NCBI RefSeq assembly: GCF_006345805.1
Contig: NC_042997.1
Coordinates: 213,280,001 to 213,344,000, forward strand
Direction: 5' to 3'
DNA from: Octopus sinensis
Lineage: Eukaryota
DNA: 64,000 nucleotides
Shown: positions 11,335-25,196 of the stretch, piece by piece
Position numbering within the stretch: the stretch's first letter is position 1
How the letters are laid out: each line of letters opens with the position of its first letter
Program-made: the position numbers and the translations under genes
The notes under the pieces: model-generated
The model's input: the letters and a program-made list of their open reading frames with translations, nothing else
The model's database searches: none
What the model was told of the DNA's origin: nothing

Positions 11335-11940
11335 GAGTACAAACAGCCATGCAAACAGGCAGTGGAACATGGGCTGTGACTGCAGAGAACGTGCAAAGGT
11401 ATGAAAGAAATGAAGCCAGTCTGCTTCACTGGATTTGCAATGCCAGTGTGCATGTATGACTGAGTGTAAATGTCTTGAGAGAAAAATTGGGCATAAGAGG
11501 CATCAGATGTGGTGTGCAAGAGAGAAGACTATGTTGCTGTAATCATGTCATGCATATAGATGAGAACAGCTGCATAAAGAAGTGCCCATCTTGAGCTGTG
11601 AAGTGAAGAGGTAGACACGGGATGAGGTGGTGAAGCATGACCTTCAGATGTTGAGTCTCACAGAGGCAATAAGAGATTGGCTGTGCTTGAGAAGATACAT
11701 CAAGCCAAGTGAAATTATAGTCATAGCAGGTGCTTATAACCCATAAAAGGCACTTGTGCCAGTGACAAGTAAAGGCACCCATCACATTCTTGGAGTGGTT
11801 GGTGTTAGAAAGGGCATCCAGCCATAGAAACCAAGCCAAACCAGACCGGAGTCTTGTACAGCTCTCCGGCTTCACAGTTCTAGCCAAACTATCTAACCCA
11901 AGCCAGCTTAGAAAAATGATGCTAAATGATGATGATGATA
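11335..11940 (+). mobile_element. Degraded RTE LINE 3' fragment
   Basis: Similar to 1890-2760 (acagccatgc...gaacatgggctgtgactgc; gtggtgaagcatgaccttc) with (GAT)n tail. Confidence 0.75.
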
Positions 11941-11956
11941 CATACATACGCATATA

Positions 11957-12650
11957 TAGGGTGTGGTGAATAAACTGTCACCTTAATTACACAAAAATGA
12001 AAACAACACTGGTATCTCATTTTAACAGATATATTTAGCAGAATTGCATAAAAATATCTTGAAAAATTAAAGAGTAAATTTATTCAACAAAATTGCCATT
12101 GGCTTCAACCACAGCATCCAGATGACTTCTGAATCTCCTGCAACTCTTCTTGTCTTCTTGTATAAGATGGTGAATGCTGCCATAATCCTTGCTAGGAGTT
12201 AGGTGGCCAGATGTTAGGGATGATGGGATCACAGAAATTGTCTGATAGTCATAACTGGGTTCTCTAGCTTGTGTAGCATGGTGGAGAGTCTAATTGCCAG
12301 ACATAGGATCTTCCAGCAGCCACCCTCTTGACCCAGGGCAGTACTACCTCCTCCAAGCACTTGATACAACCTCCGTGTTGAGTCCGAAGCCATGTGGGAA
12401 AACAATGGACACATAACGTCACCATCACTAATGATTACTCCAAACACCATGATGTCGACTGGATGTTTGATTTTTATCACTCTCAGTACATTTCCTCAGA
12501 TGGCATTGTCTTCAAATTGACACCCAAACACTCTGAAATGTTTGTATTGGAGCTTATGGTGCAAATGCCAAATAATCATTTTCAAATTTCTGGCAGAGTG
12601 AATTGCGTCATGGTGCTGTTTTTCTCACAGATGGTGCCCATCTGACCCTA
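11957..12650 (-). mobile_element. Tc1/mariner superfamily DD37D (maT)-type transposon relic
   Basis: Minus-strand translation KHPVDIMVFGVIISDGDVM...YVWQLDSPPCYTS...IWPPNS...ARIMAAFT...VEANGNFVE*; internal deletion; TA-flanked tagggtg terminus. Confidence 0.8.
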
Positions 12651-12726
12651 CTATAGTTAACAAAATTAAAAACAAACAATGCACAAAATAAAAATATAAA
12701 ATGGCAACAATTTGCCCATCACACGC

Positions 12727-12757
<31 letters not shown>

Positions 12758-12765
12758 TATATATA

Positions 12766-13133
12766 TTCTTTTATTTGTTTCAGTCATTTGACTGATCACT
12801 GCCTTTATTCAAAGAAATTGACCCCAGGACTTATTCTTTGTAAGCCTAGTACTTATTCTGTCGGTCTCTTTTGCCGAACCAGTAAGTTACAGGGACGTAA
12901 ACACATCAACATCGGTTGTCAAGCGACGGTGGGGGGACGGACAAACACAGACACACACACACACACACATGATGGGCTTATTTCAGTTTCCGCCAACCAA
13001 ATCCACTCACAAGGCTTTGGTCAGCCCAATGCTATTGTAGAGAACACTTGCCCAAAGTGCCATGCAGTGGGACTGAACCTGGAACCATGTAGTTAGGAAG
13101 CAAGCTTCTTACCACACAGATATGCCTGTGCCT
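12766..13133 (-). mobile_element. SINE family B copy
   Basis: Reverse complement of 7413-7797. Confidence 0.8.
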
Positions 13134-13173
<40 letters not shown>

Positions 13174-13291
13174 CATATATATAATAGACCTTTATATAAA
13201 TAAATAACGTGAAATACACGAAGGGACGAACAAAAAGACAAACGGGTCATTCAAGCCTTCATTCTTCAGTCAGAAACTGATCCCTCATGTT

Positions 13292-13322
<31 letters not shown>

Positions 13323-13323
13323 A

Positions 13324-13502
13324 GTGGCATGTAAAAGCACTCATTTCACTCCTGGAGTGGTTGGCATTAGGAAGGGCATCCAGCTGTAGAAACATTGCCA
13401 GATCAGACCGGAACCTGGTGCAGCTCTCTGGCTCATCAGCTCTAAAACCATTTAATCCATGCCAGCATGGAGAGCAGACATTGAATGATGATGATGATGA
13501 TG
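13324..13502 (+). mobile_element. RTE 3'-terminal fragment
   Basis: ggagtggttggcattaggaagggcatccagctgtagaaac...gatgatgatg. Confidence 0.75.
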
Positions 13503-13513
13503 GTATATACATA

Positions 13514-13736
13514 GGCGGCGAGCTGGCAGAAATGTTAGCATGCGGGGCGAAATGCTTAGCGGTATTTCGTCTGCCGCTACGTTCTGAGTTCAAATTCCGC
13601 CAAGGTCGACTTTGTCTTTCATCCTTTTGGGGTCGATTAAATAAGTATCAGTTACTCACTGGGGTTGATATAATCGACTTAATCCGTTTGTCTGTCCTCT
13701 CTGTGTTTATCCCCTTGTGGGTAGTAAAGAAATAGG
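13514..13736 (+). mobile_element. tRNA-derived SINE, family C
   Basis: ggcgagctggcagaaatgttagc...gagttcaaattcc head; inverted copy at 21717-21940. Confidence 0.85.
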
Positions 13737-13759
13737 TATATACATAGATATAGATATAC

Positions 13760-14580
13760 ACATATCAGTGTGCATGTATGACAAAGCGCAAATGTGCTGA
13801 GAGAAAAGTTGGGCATAAGAAGAATCAGATACAGTTTGCAAGAGAGAAGACTAGGTTGGTTTGGACATGTGATGCGTATGAATGAAGACAGGTGCATAAA
13901 GGGTCAATCACTGAAAGTGGAGCGTACCTGTGAAAGATGGAAAGCCAGGAAAATATGGAGTCACACGTAATGAGAGCTGATTTGAAGATGTTGGGCTTCA
14001 CAGAGGAGATGACAATGGTCTAAGATGTCTGGTGGTGTGAAGTTCTTGAGAGGATCAACACAGCTCGGCAAAACCGAGTTCTGGAACTGCTGTGTGTTCC
14101 ATCCACATGCAACATTAAATTTTTCACATGTCCTACTCCAATAAACCTAAATTACATCTCTTCCTCACCTCTCCACTTCTTCATGCATTACCAGTATCTC
14201 TCCCACCCCACTCCTCTTCTCCCTACTTTTATGTGAACTCTGTACTCATGCAACTGAGCAGTACTCTACAATGCCATCAATATTCTCATCCTTGTACCTT
14301 GAGAGTATGCTCCAGCACATTGCCACCACCCCTCTTCGTCTCTTTCACTTTCACTTGCTTTCCCTCTCTCTCTCCCTCTCACTGGAATAACCACGTGTCC
14401 CCTCTACAGTCAGGCATCTGTTTCTCTCTCTCCAACCCCTTATCACCTGACAAAAAGCCACCTCCTTCAATATCTTTGGTGGTCTTGCTGGTGCCACATA
14501 AAAAGTATCCAATCCACTCTGTAAAGTGGTTGGCATTAGGAAGGTCATCCAGCTGTAGAAATCATGCCAAACCAGACCTC
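13760..14580 (+). mobile_element. Degraded RTE subfamily copy with pyrimidine-rich 3' UTR
   Basis: gagagaaaagttgggcataagaagaatcag...gcaagagagaagact (ORF end), then a CT-rich UTR and the shared terminal gtggttggcattaggaagg. Confidence 0.6.
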
Positions 14581-15142
14581 TTCACACTTTTATAGAACAT
14601 CCCCCTCTATCACTTCTACTACTTATACCCCACCTCACACACACACACACTTCCCTATGGGTAGACCTGCTAACTCGAACTCTTTCTGTCTTTCTCTCTC
14701 CCACCTTGTCCTGCCAGGGTAGTCAAGTATCTCCTTTATAATAAGACAACTATCTTTGTCTCTTTATCATATTCCAAACTCTCATCTGACACACAATCAC
14801 TTGGCTCAGTTCCACTCCTTCTCTCCGCTCAGAGGTTTTTGCCTTGCAAGCTATTTGGTGACTCCACTGGTGCTGGTGCCATATAAAAAGCATCTGTTTT
14901 GGCTCACTACAAAAAGTACTCATAGAAGCCCAATTGAAAGGCTTTAGGATATTGCTTTTGCTGTAATACGCAGATCCTCTCAAGCACAGCAAAATGCCAA
15001 TCATCTCAGTCCTTTGTAAGACCCAACATCTTGAGATCAGCCTTCAATACTGCATCCCGTATCTTCCTGAGTCTCCTTTTTCCATGAGTTTCATCCACTT
15101 GCACCTTATTATTAGCATAATTATCACTTATAAATAAGCTAA

Positions 15143-15360
15143 CAAGCTGGCAGAATCGTTAGTGCACCTGGACACAATGCTTCATGACATTTCACCTGTC
15201 GCGAGTTCAAATTCTGCTGAGGTTGACCTTGCCTTTCATCAGTTTGGAGTTGATAAAATAAGAACCAGCTTATCACTGGGATTAATGTTACTAATTAGTC
15301 CCCCCCCTCGGCAAAAAAAATTTCAGGTCTTGTACCTATAGTAGAAAAGATTATTATTAT
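15143..15360 (+). mobile_element. Diverged SINE family C variant with (ATT)n tail
   Basis: aagctggcagaatcgttag...gagttcaaattctgctgagg...agaaaagattattattat. Confidence 0.65.
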
Positions 15361-16544
15361 AAATAAGAAAACAGTTTTTCAACATTTAGAAGTAAAACAG
15401 AAAGCAGGCTGAAATGTAAAGAGATTGTAAGATTATAGAAATTAACATGGCAGAACTGTGAAATATTAATTATTGCACAACTTCTAACTGATGTTGATAC
15501 AGTGCAGGGCATGACCGTGGGTTAAACATTTTGCTTCCCAACCCATGTTTCTGGGTCCAGTCTCGCTGCATGGCATCTCTGGCAAGTGTCTTCCACTATA
15601 TCCCTGGGTCAACCAAAGCCTTGTGATTACATTTGTTTAATGGAAACTGAAAGACATCAAGGAAATGACAAAAAAAGATGATTCCTGATTCACTGTACTC
15701 AAGAAAACCTGTCCAACACAGCAAAAATAAGATTCTAAGAGCATTCTGATTATGTTTCTAACCCATTTTACCCCACCAAGCATTCTTCACACATCATTCC
15801 CCTCACACCCAGCCCTTCATCACTCCATTACCTAAGGCACTACCTGAAGGCTGTAACCACTTCAGAGCTGTATGGACACTCATAATACCTTCCCATTACC
15901 CTCACACACACTTCTCCACCCATGCTATTTCACTAATCATCTTTCTCTGCCTTCATTTATCTCTCTCTGCTCTATTCCATTCAACATCTCATACCTGCTT
16001 TCATTCTCAGCACCCTTGCATATACGTCACCACACCCTACACATTATAGCCCCTCTACATCTCTTATTCCACTTCTACACCTTGCACATCACAATCTTCC
16101 CCCCAACCTTCTGTTCTATCCCTACTGAGCCACTTCTATCTCCCACTATACCCCTCACTACACAGATATTTCCCATTAACTTTTACCTTCATCTCTAATC
16201 ACCCGTTACTCTCACCCCACACACATGAAAGAACCTTCTCCTCTCCCCTCACCTATTGTTTCTATCCTTTCTTATACTCACCTTCTTGCATCCTCAGAGT
16301 TTGCTCTGACACTGCGTCACTATCCCCTTCCAACTACTCTGACACTCCTGTATAATGTGCTAGCCACATATCTCCCTTATGCTTGTCCCTCTATCATACT
16401 TTAGTCTTGGCATAAACCCACCTCCTCACTGCCTTTAACACTCCTCCTCATTAAGTAGGACGAGTCCACCCCCCTTTTATTTTTGTTCTCTGTTTCTGTC
16501 TTGTAAATTACTCAACAATATCACTAGTGCCAGTGGTACGAAAA

Positions 16545-17833
16545 GGATCTTTTCTGTTGCTGTAACTGATTTTAATTTTTTTAAAATTCTATATTAATTG
16601 TTTTCTAATTTGGTGTACTGATGTAGTTTTGTATGCTAACTATGGAAATGAAATTTACTTTTGTCATAAATTTATAAATAAAAATTAATAGATTTTAAAG
16701 TTTGCCAATTTTGGGTAATTTTAGCCAATCAAAAGCCAGACACATTGGTGCCTGTTTCCATTGTAACAAAGCCAAGGTGATTAAAACGTCTATTTTCTGA
16801 ATGTTTGTACAATATCAATTTTATTGTTTTCACCTGTCTTTTTGAGAAAAAGATAATTTTGGTTGCTGTCCTGTCAGTACCTCACTTCCATCATTTTGAA
16901 CTGTTTTCCTGGATCTTTCCAACCTAAATACAAGTATGACTGCAACCTACTCATTTAACTTTTTGAATACGAAACTGAAAATCAAGGAGGATGTAGTTTC
17001 TCACTTGCAAGAGAAGGGTGTTTTCCCTAAAAGTGAAAAATTATGTACAAAGAGACCCTATGTGAAGAAGATGCTTTGCAAGAAAATTTATTGGCAATCC
17101 TCCTGAAAAGAATGCAACAAGTAAGTGTCTGTTAGAAAAGCTACAAGGTTGGAAGATGCTTTCTATTAGGACTGGACTGCTTTTCCTTTACTCATGGTAA
17201 AAGAATTGACTTCAGTTTTGAGTTGAAGAACAGGAGATGGGCCACTGCACAGCTGTTGATTACAACAGCTACGTTTGTGAAATGTGTGTGGAGGACCTGC
17301 TCCACAATCCAGTTCCTGGAAAGACTATTGAGATAGAAAAAACAGTCTTCTCAAGATGTAAATAAAACTGAGGAAGGGTGCTACCAGAACAATGGGCTTT
17401 TGGAGGAGTGTGTCACAAGACCAGATATGTTTTTCTTTATACAATGCTATATTAGTATCATGACATGAGAGGAATGCATACATCAGTTTGTTCTTCCAGG
17501 AACCACAATTTTCAATGACTTGTGGAGGGCCTACTTTCATATTCCTGAAATTGGTGGTTATAATTTTCAACATAGAGCAAGGACTGACAGCTTTGAGTTT
17601 ATTAACTCCAAAGAAGGTCCCCACATGAAACAAGTGGAAAATACATATGCTGGTGTAAAACAAGGGAATAAACAATCCGTGGGGAAGAGCGGTGAATCAC
17701 CACAAACAACCTCCAAGACAGGACTTCACTCAAAGGTTTGTGGGATTAGAAGGGTGTTGTCTTCCCCCACAAATAGGAAGTTTCAATTCAGATGTGTGCT
17801 GTAACCAGCTGGACAAATTAAACATAACGATCC
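16545..17833 (+). mobile_element. Merlin (IS1016/IS1595-like) DNA transposon relic
   Basis: Stop- and frameshift-ridden PGKTIEIEKTVFSRCK*N*GRVLPEQWAFGGVC...LPGTTIFNDLWRAY...GY..H..GPH...VEN; termini GGATC...GATCC; right end uncertain. Confidence 0.8.
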
Positions 17834-17871
17834 ACAAGCAGCATCTAGAACATGCTATTGTAAGTACATTG

Positions 17872-18548
17872 TCATCATCATCATCATCATTGTTTAACGT
17901 CCGTTTTTTTGTGCTAGCACAGGTTGGACGGTTTGACCGGGGTCTGGGAAGCCAGGAGGCTGCACCAGGCTCCAGTCTGATCTGGCAGTGTTTCTACAGC
18001 TGAATGCCCTTCCGAACACCAACCACTCTGAGAGTGTAGTGGGTGCTTTTTACATGCCACCAGCACAGGAACCAGTCAGGCAGTACTAGCATCGACCACG
18101 TTTGGATAGTGCTTTTTACATGCCATCAGCATGAGAGCCAGCCAGCAGACACCTGCGCCAGTTACGATATTGATTTTACTTGACTCAACAGGTCTTCTCA
18201 AGTATATCATATCACCTGATGCATCAGGAATATTCTTAACAGGGCTGGACATGTGTGGCTGCAATCTCACTTTAGTTACCTGGTCTTCTCAATCACAACA
18301 TTTCTCCAAAGGTTCCGGTCTCCTGTCATTGCCTCTGTGAGGCCCAATGTTCGAAGGTCATGCTTCACCACGTCATCCCATGTCTTCCTGGGTCTGCCTC
18401 TTCCACAGGTTCCTTCAACAGTTAGGGAGTGGCACTCCCTCACACAGATGTCCTCATTCATACATTATGAATGGCCATACCAGCACAAGCACCTCTCTTG
18501 CACACCACATTTGATGCTTCTTATGCCCAACTTTACTCAGGACACATT
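17872..18548 (-). mobile_element. RTE LINE 3' fragment
   Basis: Minus ORF 18276-18461 VEGTCGRGRPRKTWDDVVKHDLRTLGLTE; (GAT)n tail at ~17872. Confidence 0.85.
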
Positions 18549-19101
18549 TTGATTACAGTAAAAAAAATTAAGATAGAAGGTTAAAGGTGAAGAAAGCAAA
18601 GAAATAGACACATTTTCTTGCAATCTACTACAGAACAATGAACAGACATTAAATAATTAAAATATAAACTTTACCTTGTTTCGAGAGGTTAACATAAATA
18701 GATCAGTATATACAGATGTCTTCATTTTATAGAATAACAGTAAAAAAAAAAGTAGAGAATAAATGTAAAACTCAATAATAAATCAATATCAAAATGAAAT
18801 AATTTAGCAATTTCTGTATTTATTGGACAAATACATATTGGAAATTGCTATTGGCAATAACAAAAATATAAATCGAATAACAAATTTCTGCCTGGAAAGC
18901 ATATTATTATGATAAAGAAAGAAGGGTGCTGCAATTGACTGAAATTTTTAATATATCTTTATTGAGGGAGAAAAATCAGTTAAAGAGACAACTTTAGCAT
19001 CATATTATATAAAAGGATGTTTAATCAACCATGGTGGTCACATTCAATGAGGACAGTACAACTGATGACCTGTTCATAATGATGGAAATAACACTGCTTT
19101 A

Positions 19102-19590
19102 CAATAATAATAATAATAATAATAATAATAATTGTGTACAGTGCTCAGGTGCACTACAACTCATCTAAAGTGTATATATAATCAGGTGTAGTTTCGGTGG
19201 ATTTCGGAAAGCATGAGGGCCTTAAAGGATGCAGTGTCATGGCAGTCAACAACTGACGCAGGCAGTTTATTCCATGCTTCAGCAACTCTGAGCGTGAAAA
19301 AATGTTTCCGAAAGTCATGGGAGCTGTGTAGTTTTCTGACTTTGTAGGCATGTCCACGTGTGTTAGACACATGGAGATCAAAAAGGTGTTCAGTGTTGTT
19401 GTTGTTGGTGAGGTGGTTGATAACTTTGTGGTGTTTACCAAGTCCGTTGCCAGATGCCGGAGCTTCAGTGAATCCATGCTCAGGGAAACAAGGCGCTCAG
19501 AATATGGTAGGTGTCTGATGGAGGGTATGCGTTTGGTTGCACGTCTCTGGACAGATTCCAGGAGGTCAATGTTCTGAGCAAGATGTTTGA
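19102..19590 (-). mobile_element. CR1-like LINE 3' fragment
   Basis: SNTRGHAYKVRKLHSSHDFRKHFFTLRVAEAWNKLP; (ATT)n tail; nearly identical to 42963-43240. Confidence 0.85.
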
Positions 19591-20359
19591 ACTTCTGTGC
19601 AATTGTCTTAATTTGAATATAAAGTTAACAGCACTTGAGATATAATTCTAGGAGAGCCTTAAAAGATGACTATTTCAATATCAAACAGAGTATCGAACCT
19701 GTCCTATTAGAAGGATGAAGCTCAGAAAGAAATGGAAAGAAACAGAAACTTCAAAAGGAATTCTAATATTTTGACAAATAAACTTTTCAAGTATTTTTTC
19801 GGAGATTGCATTAATAAAACAAAAAAAAAACAACCAAGGTTGTGCTGAGAAATATAACATGAACATTTCTATATTTTGACTGTTTTACATTTATTTTTCA
19901 TTAGTTTAAAGCCATTGTTAAGTGAGTTACAAAGATTCTAGCTTTTACTGTTTTATATATGCTGTGTACTTTATATATATATATATATTCATATCATCAT
20001 CATTTAACATGTTTTCCATGCTGAAAAGGGTAGGAGAGTTTGACAGGTTCTGGCAAGCCACAGCACTGCATGTGTTCCAGTGTCAGTTTTGATACGATGC
20101 CCTTCTTAATACCAACCACGTCACAGTGTGTACAAAGTAATTTTTCCATGCTACTAACACTAGAGAAGTGGCTAATTTGAAAGAGAAAAAGAACATGTTT
20201 GCTTGTTAGTTTTGGTATCTATGATAACTGTTTCTGTATTGGTTTCTGTAGTTCACATATTCCTGTATCACATTCTTTCTGCCTCTCAGTTTCAGTTTGA
20301 AGTTTTGAATAATTTTGCATTTGTTGTAAAACAGTTTTTTAAAATTATTACTGATAATG

Positions 20360-20502
20360 CATCATCATCATTTAACGTCTGCTTTCCATGTTGGCATGGG
20401 TTGGATGGTTTGACTGAGGACTGGTGAGCCAGATGTCTGCACCAGGCTCCAATCTGATCTGGCAGAGTTTCTACAGCTGGAAGCCCTTCCTAACACCAAC
20501 CA
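20360..20502 (-). mobile_element. RTE 3'-terminal fragment
   Basis: catcatcatttaacgtctgctttccatg...gcccttcctaacaccaacc. Confidence 0.75.
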
Positions 20503-20756
20503 ATAGATAACAAATTAAATGAGGCTCAGCTAGTCTTGCTATGGTTCTGGTTTTTCTCACAAGACCAAACATACTTTCAAGCCTTACTCTCAACTTCAGA
20601 AATGCACTGAAGCTATAAAAGACTTGGTTAAGTTCTATGATAAACTGATTTATAGTTCCAATTGCAGGTTGAGTCCAGGCACAACGTTGCAGCCACAGTT
20701 CCATCACAATTCGAATTTTTATCACCACACCAAGTTCAGATTCGGTCTATTTGTTA

Positions 20757-20870
20757 TACAGGGTGTCCCCAAAAAACGTGCTCACATTTTGACTCCCCAT
20801 AACTCACTGAATTTTTCAATTCTTTTCAGATCAAAACAAAGAGCCAATCATATATCAACATTGGTTATAC
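20757..20870. mobile_element. Tc1/mariner-type terminal fragment
   Basis: TA + CAGGGTGTCCC terminus; no partner TIR found. Confidence 0.4.
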
Positions 20871-21716
20871 TTTATCATCATCACTTCTCTCTTACAATTT
20901 GTGATTTTGTGCCAATATAAGAAATTATTATTAAGTCATTAGGAAATCCTGTGTTAAAAATGTTGGGGATTTGACTGAAATACATACGTGTGTGTGTGTG
21001 TGTGTGTGCAGTCTGATCAAAGCCTTATGTAGATGGAAACTAAATGCCCATCATGTATGTGTGTACACTCACACAGATATATATAAACACTGAATTAGTC
21101 TCACCATCATTGAAACCCTAACTGGTAGTATTTTGAAAACAGGAGGTTCTGAAGCATACTGTTGCTATTGCCAGCCACTTTCCTTTGGTTTTTCAGTTTG
21201 CAAGACAGAAAGCACTTAATGGTTCTTACTGGCACACACGACCAGTTGGGCTTTCTGCACTGATGGTGAGGCACAGCTTCCGGATGGCTCTACATTCCTC
21301 TGCAGATAATTTAGATCATCTCAGCACTCACAACCTGCAATGCAAAGACCAAGGTCCCCGGCAGTGGACCTTGTGTTCTGCCTCCACATATTTTAGAGTT
21401 ATGTGGAGCAGTAACTCAGCCTGTATCTTCTCCCTTGTCTCAAAGACCACATCATATTTCAGATACTCTCCTTTTGTCATCGGAAACAGCAATACAAAAA
21501 CAGAAGCCAGGGCTTCTATCAACTATTCTTTTGTAACTGTATGGCAGCCCCTTCCATTTCTGGCAAGATAGGGGTATGACACGCTTTCCCAGTTCCTTGA
21601 TGCATTCCAAAGTAAGGCAGCATTGTACTTTGCAATATACCTTTCCAAGATTTAACCTAAACCAAGGAGTTCTTTTGGGTTCATGATATTAACCAAAATA
21701 GTTGCTGTTATTAATA

Positions 21717-21940
21717 CCTATTTTTTTATTACCCACAAGGGGCTAAAGACAGAGGGGACAAACAAGGACAGACATAGGTATTAAGTCGATTACATCGACC
21801 CCAGTGCGTAACTGGTACTTAATTCATCAACCCCGAAAGGATGAAAGGCAAAGTCGACCTCAGCGGAATTTGAACTCAGAACGTAACGGCAGACGAAATA
21901 CCGCTAAGCATTTCGCCCAGTGTGCTAACGTTTCTGCCAT
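21717..21940 (-). mobile_element. SINE family C copy
   Basis: Reverse complement of 13514-13736. Confidence 0.85.
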
Positions 21941-22473
21941 TAAGCTTTTTATTTGAATCGATCAGCACTGTGCATGTATTTGCATCTAGATTGTCAGTGT
22001 TTAGTCATACTATTCTTTGTGTGTTGTACAATAACACATATGTAAGATGTCTGAAATATTCTGCCGGTTTAATTTTCAAATTTTTAAATACATTGTTGTT
22101 ACTACTACACTAGCAACTACTTTTTTACTGTGCGTTTATATGAAGAAGCCATGATAAAAAAATATAAAAATGCTCAATTAAAAAAAACATTCTTTTCAGC
22201 CCAAGTGGTAGACATACAAATGTTCCAAAGCCTTTTCTCAACAAAATAATCCAATAATTATATTAAAAAAATTTTTTTACATGAAATAAAATTGGTAGTA
22301 ATCCAATTTTCATGAAGCAGTCCGTATGCTTCAAAACACAATAGTTTCTATGATGAGCAAAAGGCCCCACATTTGTGGATGGGGTCAAGTGGGATAAGCG
22401 ATTATATCAATCCAAGTACATGACTGGTATTTTACCAGACCATCGCAGGATATAAACATAGAATATAAAGACA

Positions 22474-22830
22474 CAGGCATGGCTAGGGGGCAAAGAATTT
22501 GTTTCCCAACCACATGGTCATGGGTTCAGTTACACTGTGTGGTACCATAAGCAAGTGTCTTCTACTATAGTCTAGAGCTGACCAAAGACTTGTGAGTGGA
22601 TTTGGAAGACAGAAACTGAAAGAACCCTGTCATGTGTGTGTGCCAGCCAATGTTGGTGTTTACATTCCTATAACTTAGCAGTTCAGGAAAAGAGACTGAT
22701 GGAATAAATATCAGAGTAAAAAAAAACAAAAAAAAAACAGAAGTACTGGGTTGGATTCATTTAGCTAAAAAATCCTTCAAGGTGGTACCCCAGCATGGCC
22801 ACATGCTAATGACTGAAACAAGTAAAAAAT
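22474..22830 (+). mobile_element. Diverged SINE family B copy
   Basis: caaccacatggtcatgggttcagt...agcaagtgtcttctactatag...gactgaaacaagtaaaa. Confidence 0.75.
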
Positions 22831-22904
22831 AAAAGCTAAATCACAAAGTCTATTGTTTACTCATTGATGTTATTTCAGTTTACATTTGCAAAACGATAAT
22901 TTTG

Positions 22905-24745
22905 TTATGTTTCACATTTAAAAAGTTTCACTCCAGTGTGGGTTTGTTTGTGTGCTTTTAAGAGACTGTTGGTGATGAAAGATTTCCCACACGCATCACA
23001 ATAATAAGGTCTTTCCCCAGTGTGGATCCTTTTATGAACTAAAAGACTGCAATTGACAGAGAAAGATTTGCCACAAATGTCACAGTGAAATGGTTTCTCT
23101 CCCGTGTGGCTACGGATGTGGATAACAAGACTTGAATTATTAATGAAATATTTCCCACAGATCCCACAATGAAACAATTTCTCTCCACTATGGATCCTTT
23201 TGTGACTGGTTAAATAGCTATTGTCAACAAAAGATTTACCACACACATCACAGTGATAGGGTTGTTCTCCAGTGTGGATCCGTGTATGTCTTTTCAATTT
23301 ACTGTTAGAGACAAAACACTTGCCACATGAGCCACAGTGATAAGGTTTCTCTCCAGTGTGACTTCGTATGTGAATAACAAGACTTGAATTTTGAATGAAA
23401 GATTTGCCACATATATCACAATAGAACGACTTTTCACCAGTGTGGATTCTCTTGTGTTTCCTTAAATCGCTGTTATAAACGAAAAATTTCCCACAGATAT
23501 CACAGTGGAAAGGTTTTATTCCACTATGTATTTCTTTGTGTCTGGCTAAATTACTGTCAGACACTAAATACTTCCCACAAATGTCACAGTGAAATGGTTT
23601 TTCTCCAGTGTGACTTCGGATATGGATAATTAATTTTGAATTATTCATGAAGGATTTTCCACAGATTTCACAGTGGTAAGGTTTCTCTCCACTGTGTAAT
23701 CTTTTGTGTGTTGTTAAATAGCTATTATCCACAAAATACTTTCCACATATATCACAATGATATGGTTTCTCTCCAGTATGACTACGGATGTGTATAACAA
23801 GTTTTGAATTACTCATCAATGACTTCCCACATATCTGACAGTGGTAGGTCTTCTCTCCGGTGTGGACCCTTCTGTGTTTTGCCAAACTGCTATTATCAAT
23901 AAAGGATTTCTCACACAACCCACAGTGATAGGGTCTCTCGCCAGTGTGGATTCGTTTGTGTTTTGTTAAATCACTTTTGCAGATAAAAGATTTCCCACAC
24001 GTTTCACACTGGAATGGTTTCTCTCCGCTGTGGATCCTTTTGTGACTTGTTAAATAACTATTATCAAAAAACGATTTCCCACACACATCACAGTGATAAG
24101 GTTTTTCTCCAGTGTGACTGCGTATATGGATAACAAGATTTGATTTATTAATAAAACATTTCCCACAGATTTCACAACCGTACGGCCTTTCTCCCGTGTG
24201 GATTCGACTATGCCTTGACAAACTGCTATTGTCCACAAAACATTTCCCACACACGTCACAGTGATAAGGTTTCTCGCCAGTATGAATCCGTTTGTGTCTT
24301 GTTATTTTACTGAGTGAAACAAAACATTTCCCACAAACATCACAATGGTAGGATTTTTCTTCACTGTGGATTCTCTTGTGTCTTCTTAACTTACTGTTCG
24401 ACACATAAGACTTCCACATACTTCACAGTGAAACGGTTTTTCTCCAGCGTGGATTATTTTGTGACGTTTTAACTTATTGCAATTTACAAAATACTTCCCA
24501 CAGATTTCACAGTTAAAGAGTTTTTCCCCATCGTGTATTTCTTTGTGTGCGAAAAATTCCCGTTCTGAAGAAAATGTTTTCTTACAAACCTCACAGCAAT
24601 ATTCAGGAATATTTCTCTCTGGTGATGTTTGTTTAGTAAATGTCTCACAAGATAAAGAGGTCTCACCACTGTGTGTTTCTGTTACTGAATCGATATTATT
24701 GAAAACGGTTGGGTTTAAAGTGTCCAAGGGATTAACGTCTTCCAT
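22905..24745 (-). pseudogene. C2H2 ZNF gene, 20 fingers, split by a 1-nt frameshift in finger 3 (pseudogene or sequence error)
   Basis: ORFs 24386-24745 and 22905-24419 join at tgt-gg-aag (~24413-24415), where a full Gly codon before Lys is expected; no other lesion in either ORF. Confidence 0.75.
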
Positions 24746-24772
24746 ATTAAAGAATTTGAGAAGTCTTTAAAA

Positions 24773-24873
24773 CTGAGAAATGCCAACCAATATATGATAA
24801 GGTACAGCTTCTTGTTTCTCATCTCAGGATTGCTTGGAAGAAAATAGGCAAAGCAGATATATTTTCTACTTAC
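24773..24873 (-). other. Predicted 101-nt 5' UTR intron of the 24.7-kb ZNF gene
   Basis: Minus strand donor gtg|gtaagta and acceptor catttctcag|tttt, 27 nt upstream of the ATG. Confidence 0.55.
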
Positions 24874-25165
24874 CACTTGAATACTTGTGGCAAAAGAAGT
24901 TCTCTCCAAGTGACACGCATCTGCTGTTGTAGACAAAATACTTCTTTCTCTATGTTAAAAAATGTGAAGAGGGTTAATGGATAATAAGTGGGGGGAAATA
25001 AATTAAAATAATAATAAAAAGAGAACGAGAATCCGTTAAGAAGTGATAGCAGAGATTATGGTGAAAATAATGTTTTTCTACAATAGTTTGTAACGGAACG
25101 GTTTTTGATTAAACAAGGAAAGCAAAAACCTGACGTGGGTGTGTGTGTGTTCAGTAAAGGATGTT

Positions 25166-25196
<31 letters not shown>

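Noticed and set aside
21185-21571. 128-aa ORF and overlapping minus-strand ORF
   Set aside because: No recognisable domain; starts at a non-ATG codon; possibly a decayed TE ORF, but I cannot support a call.
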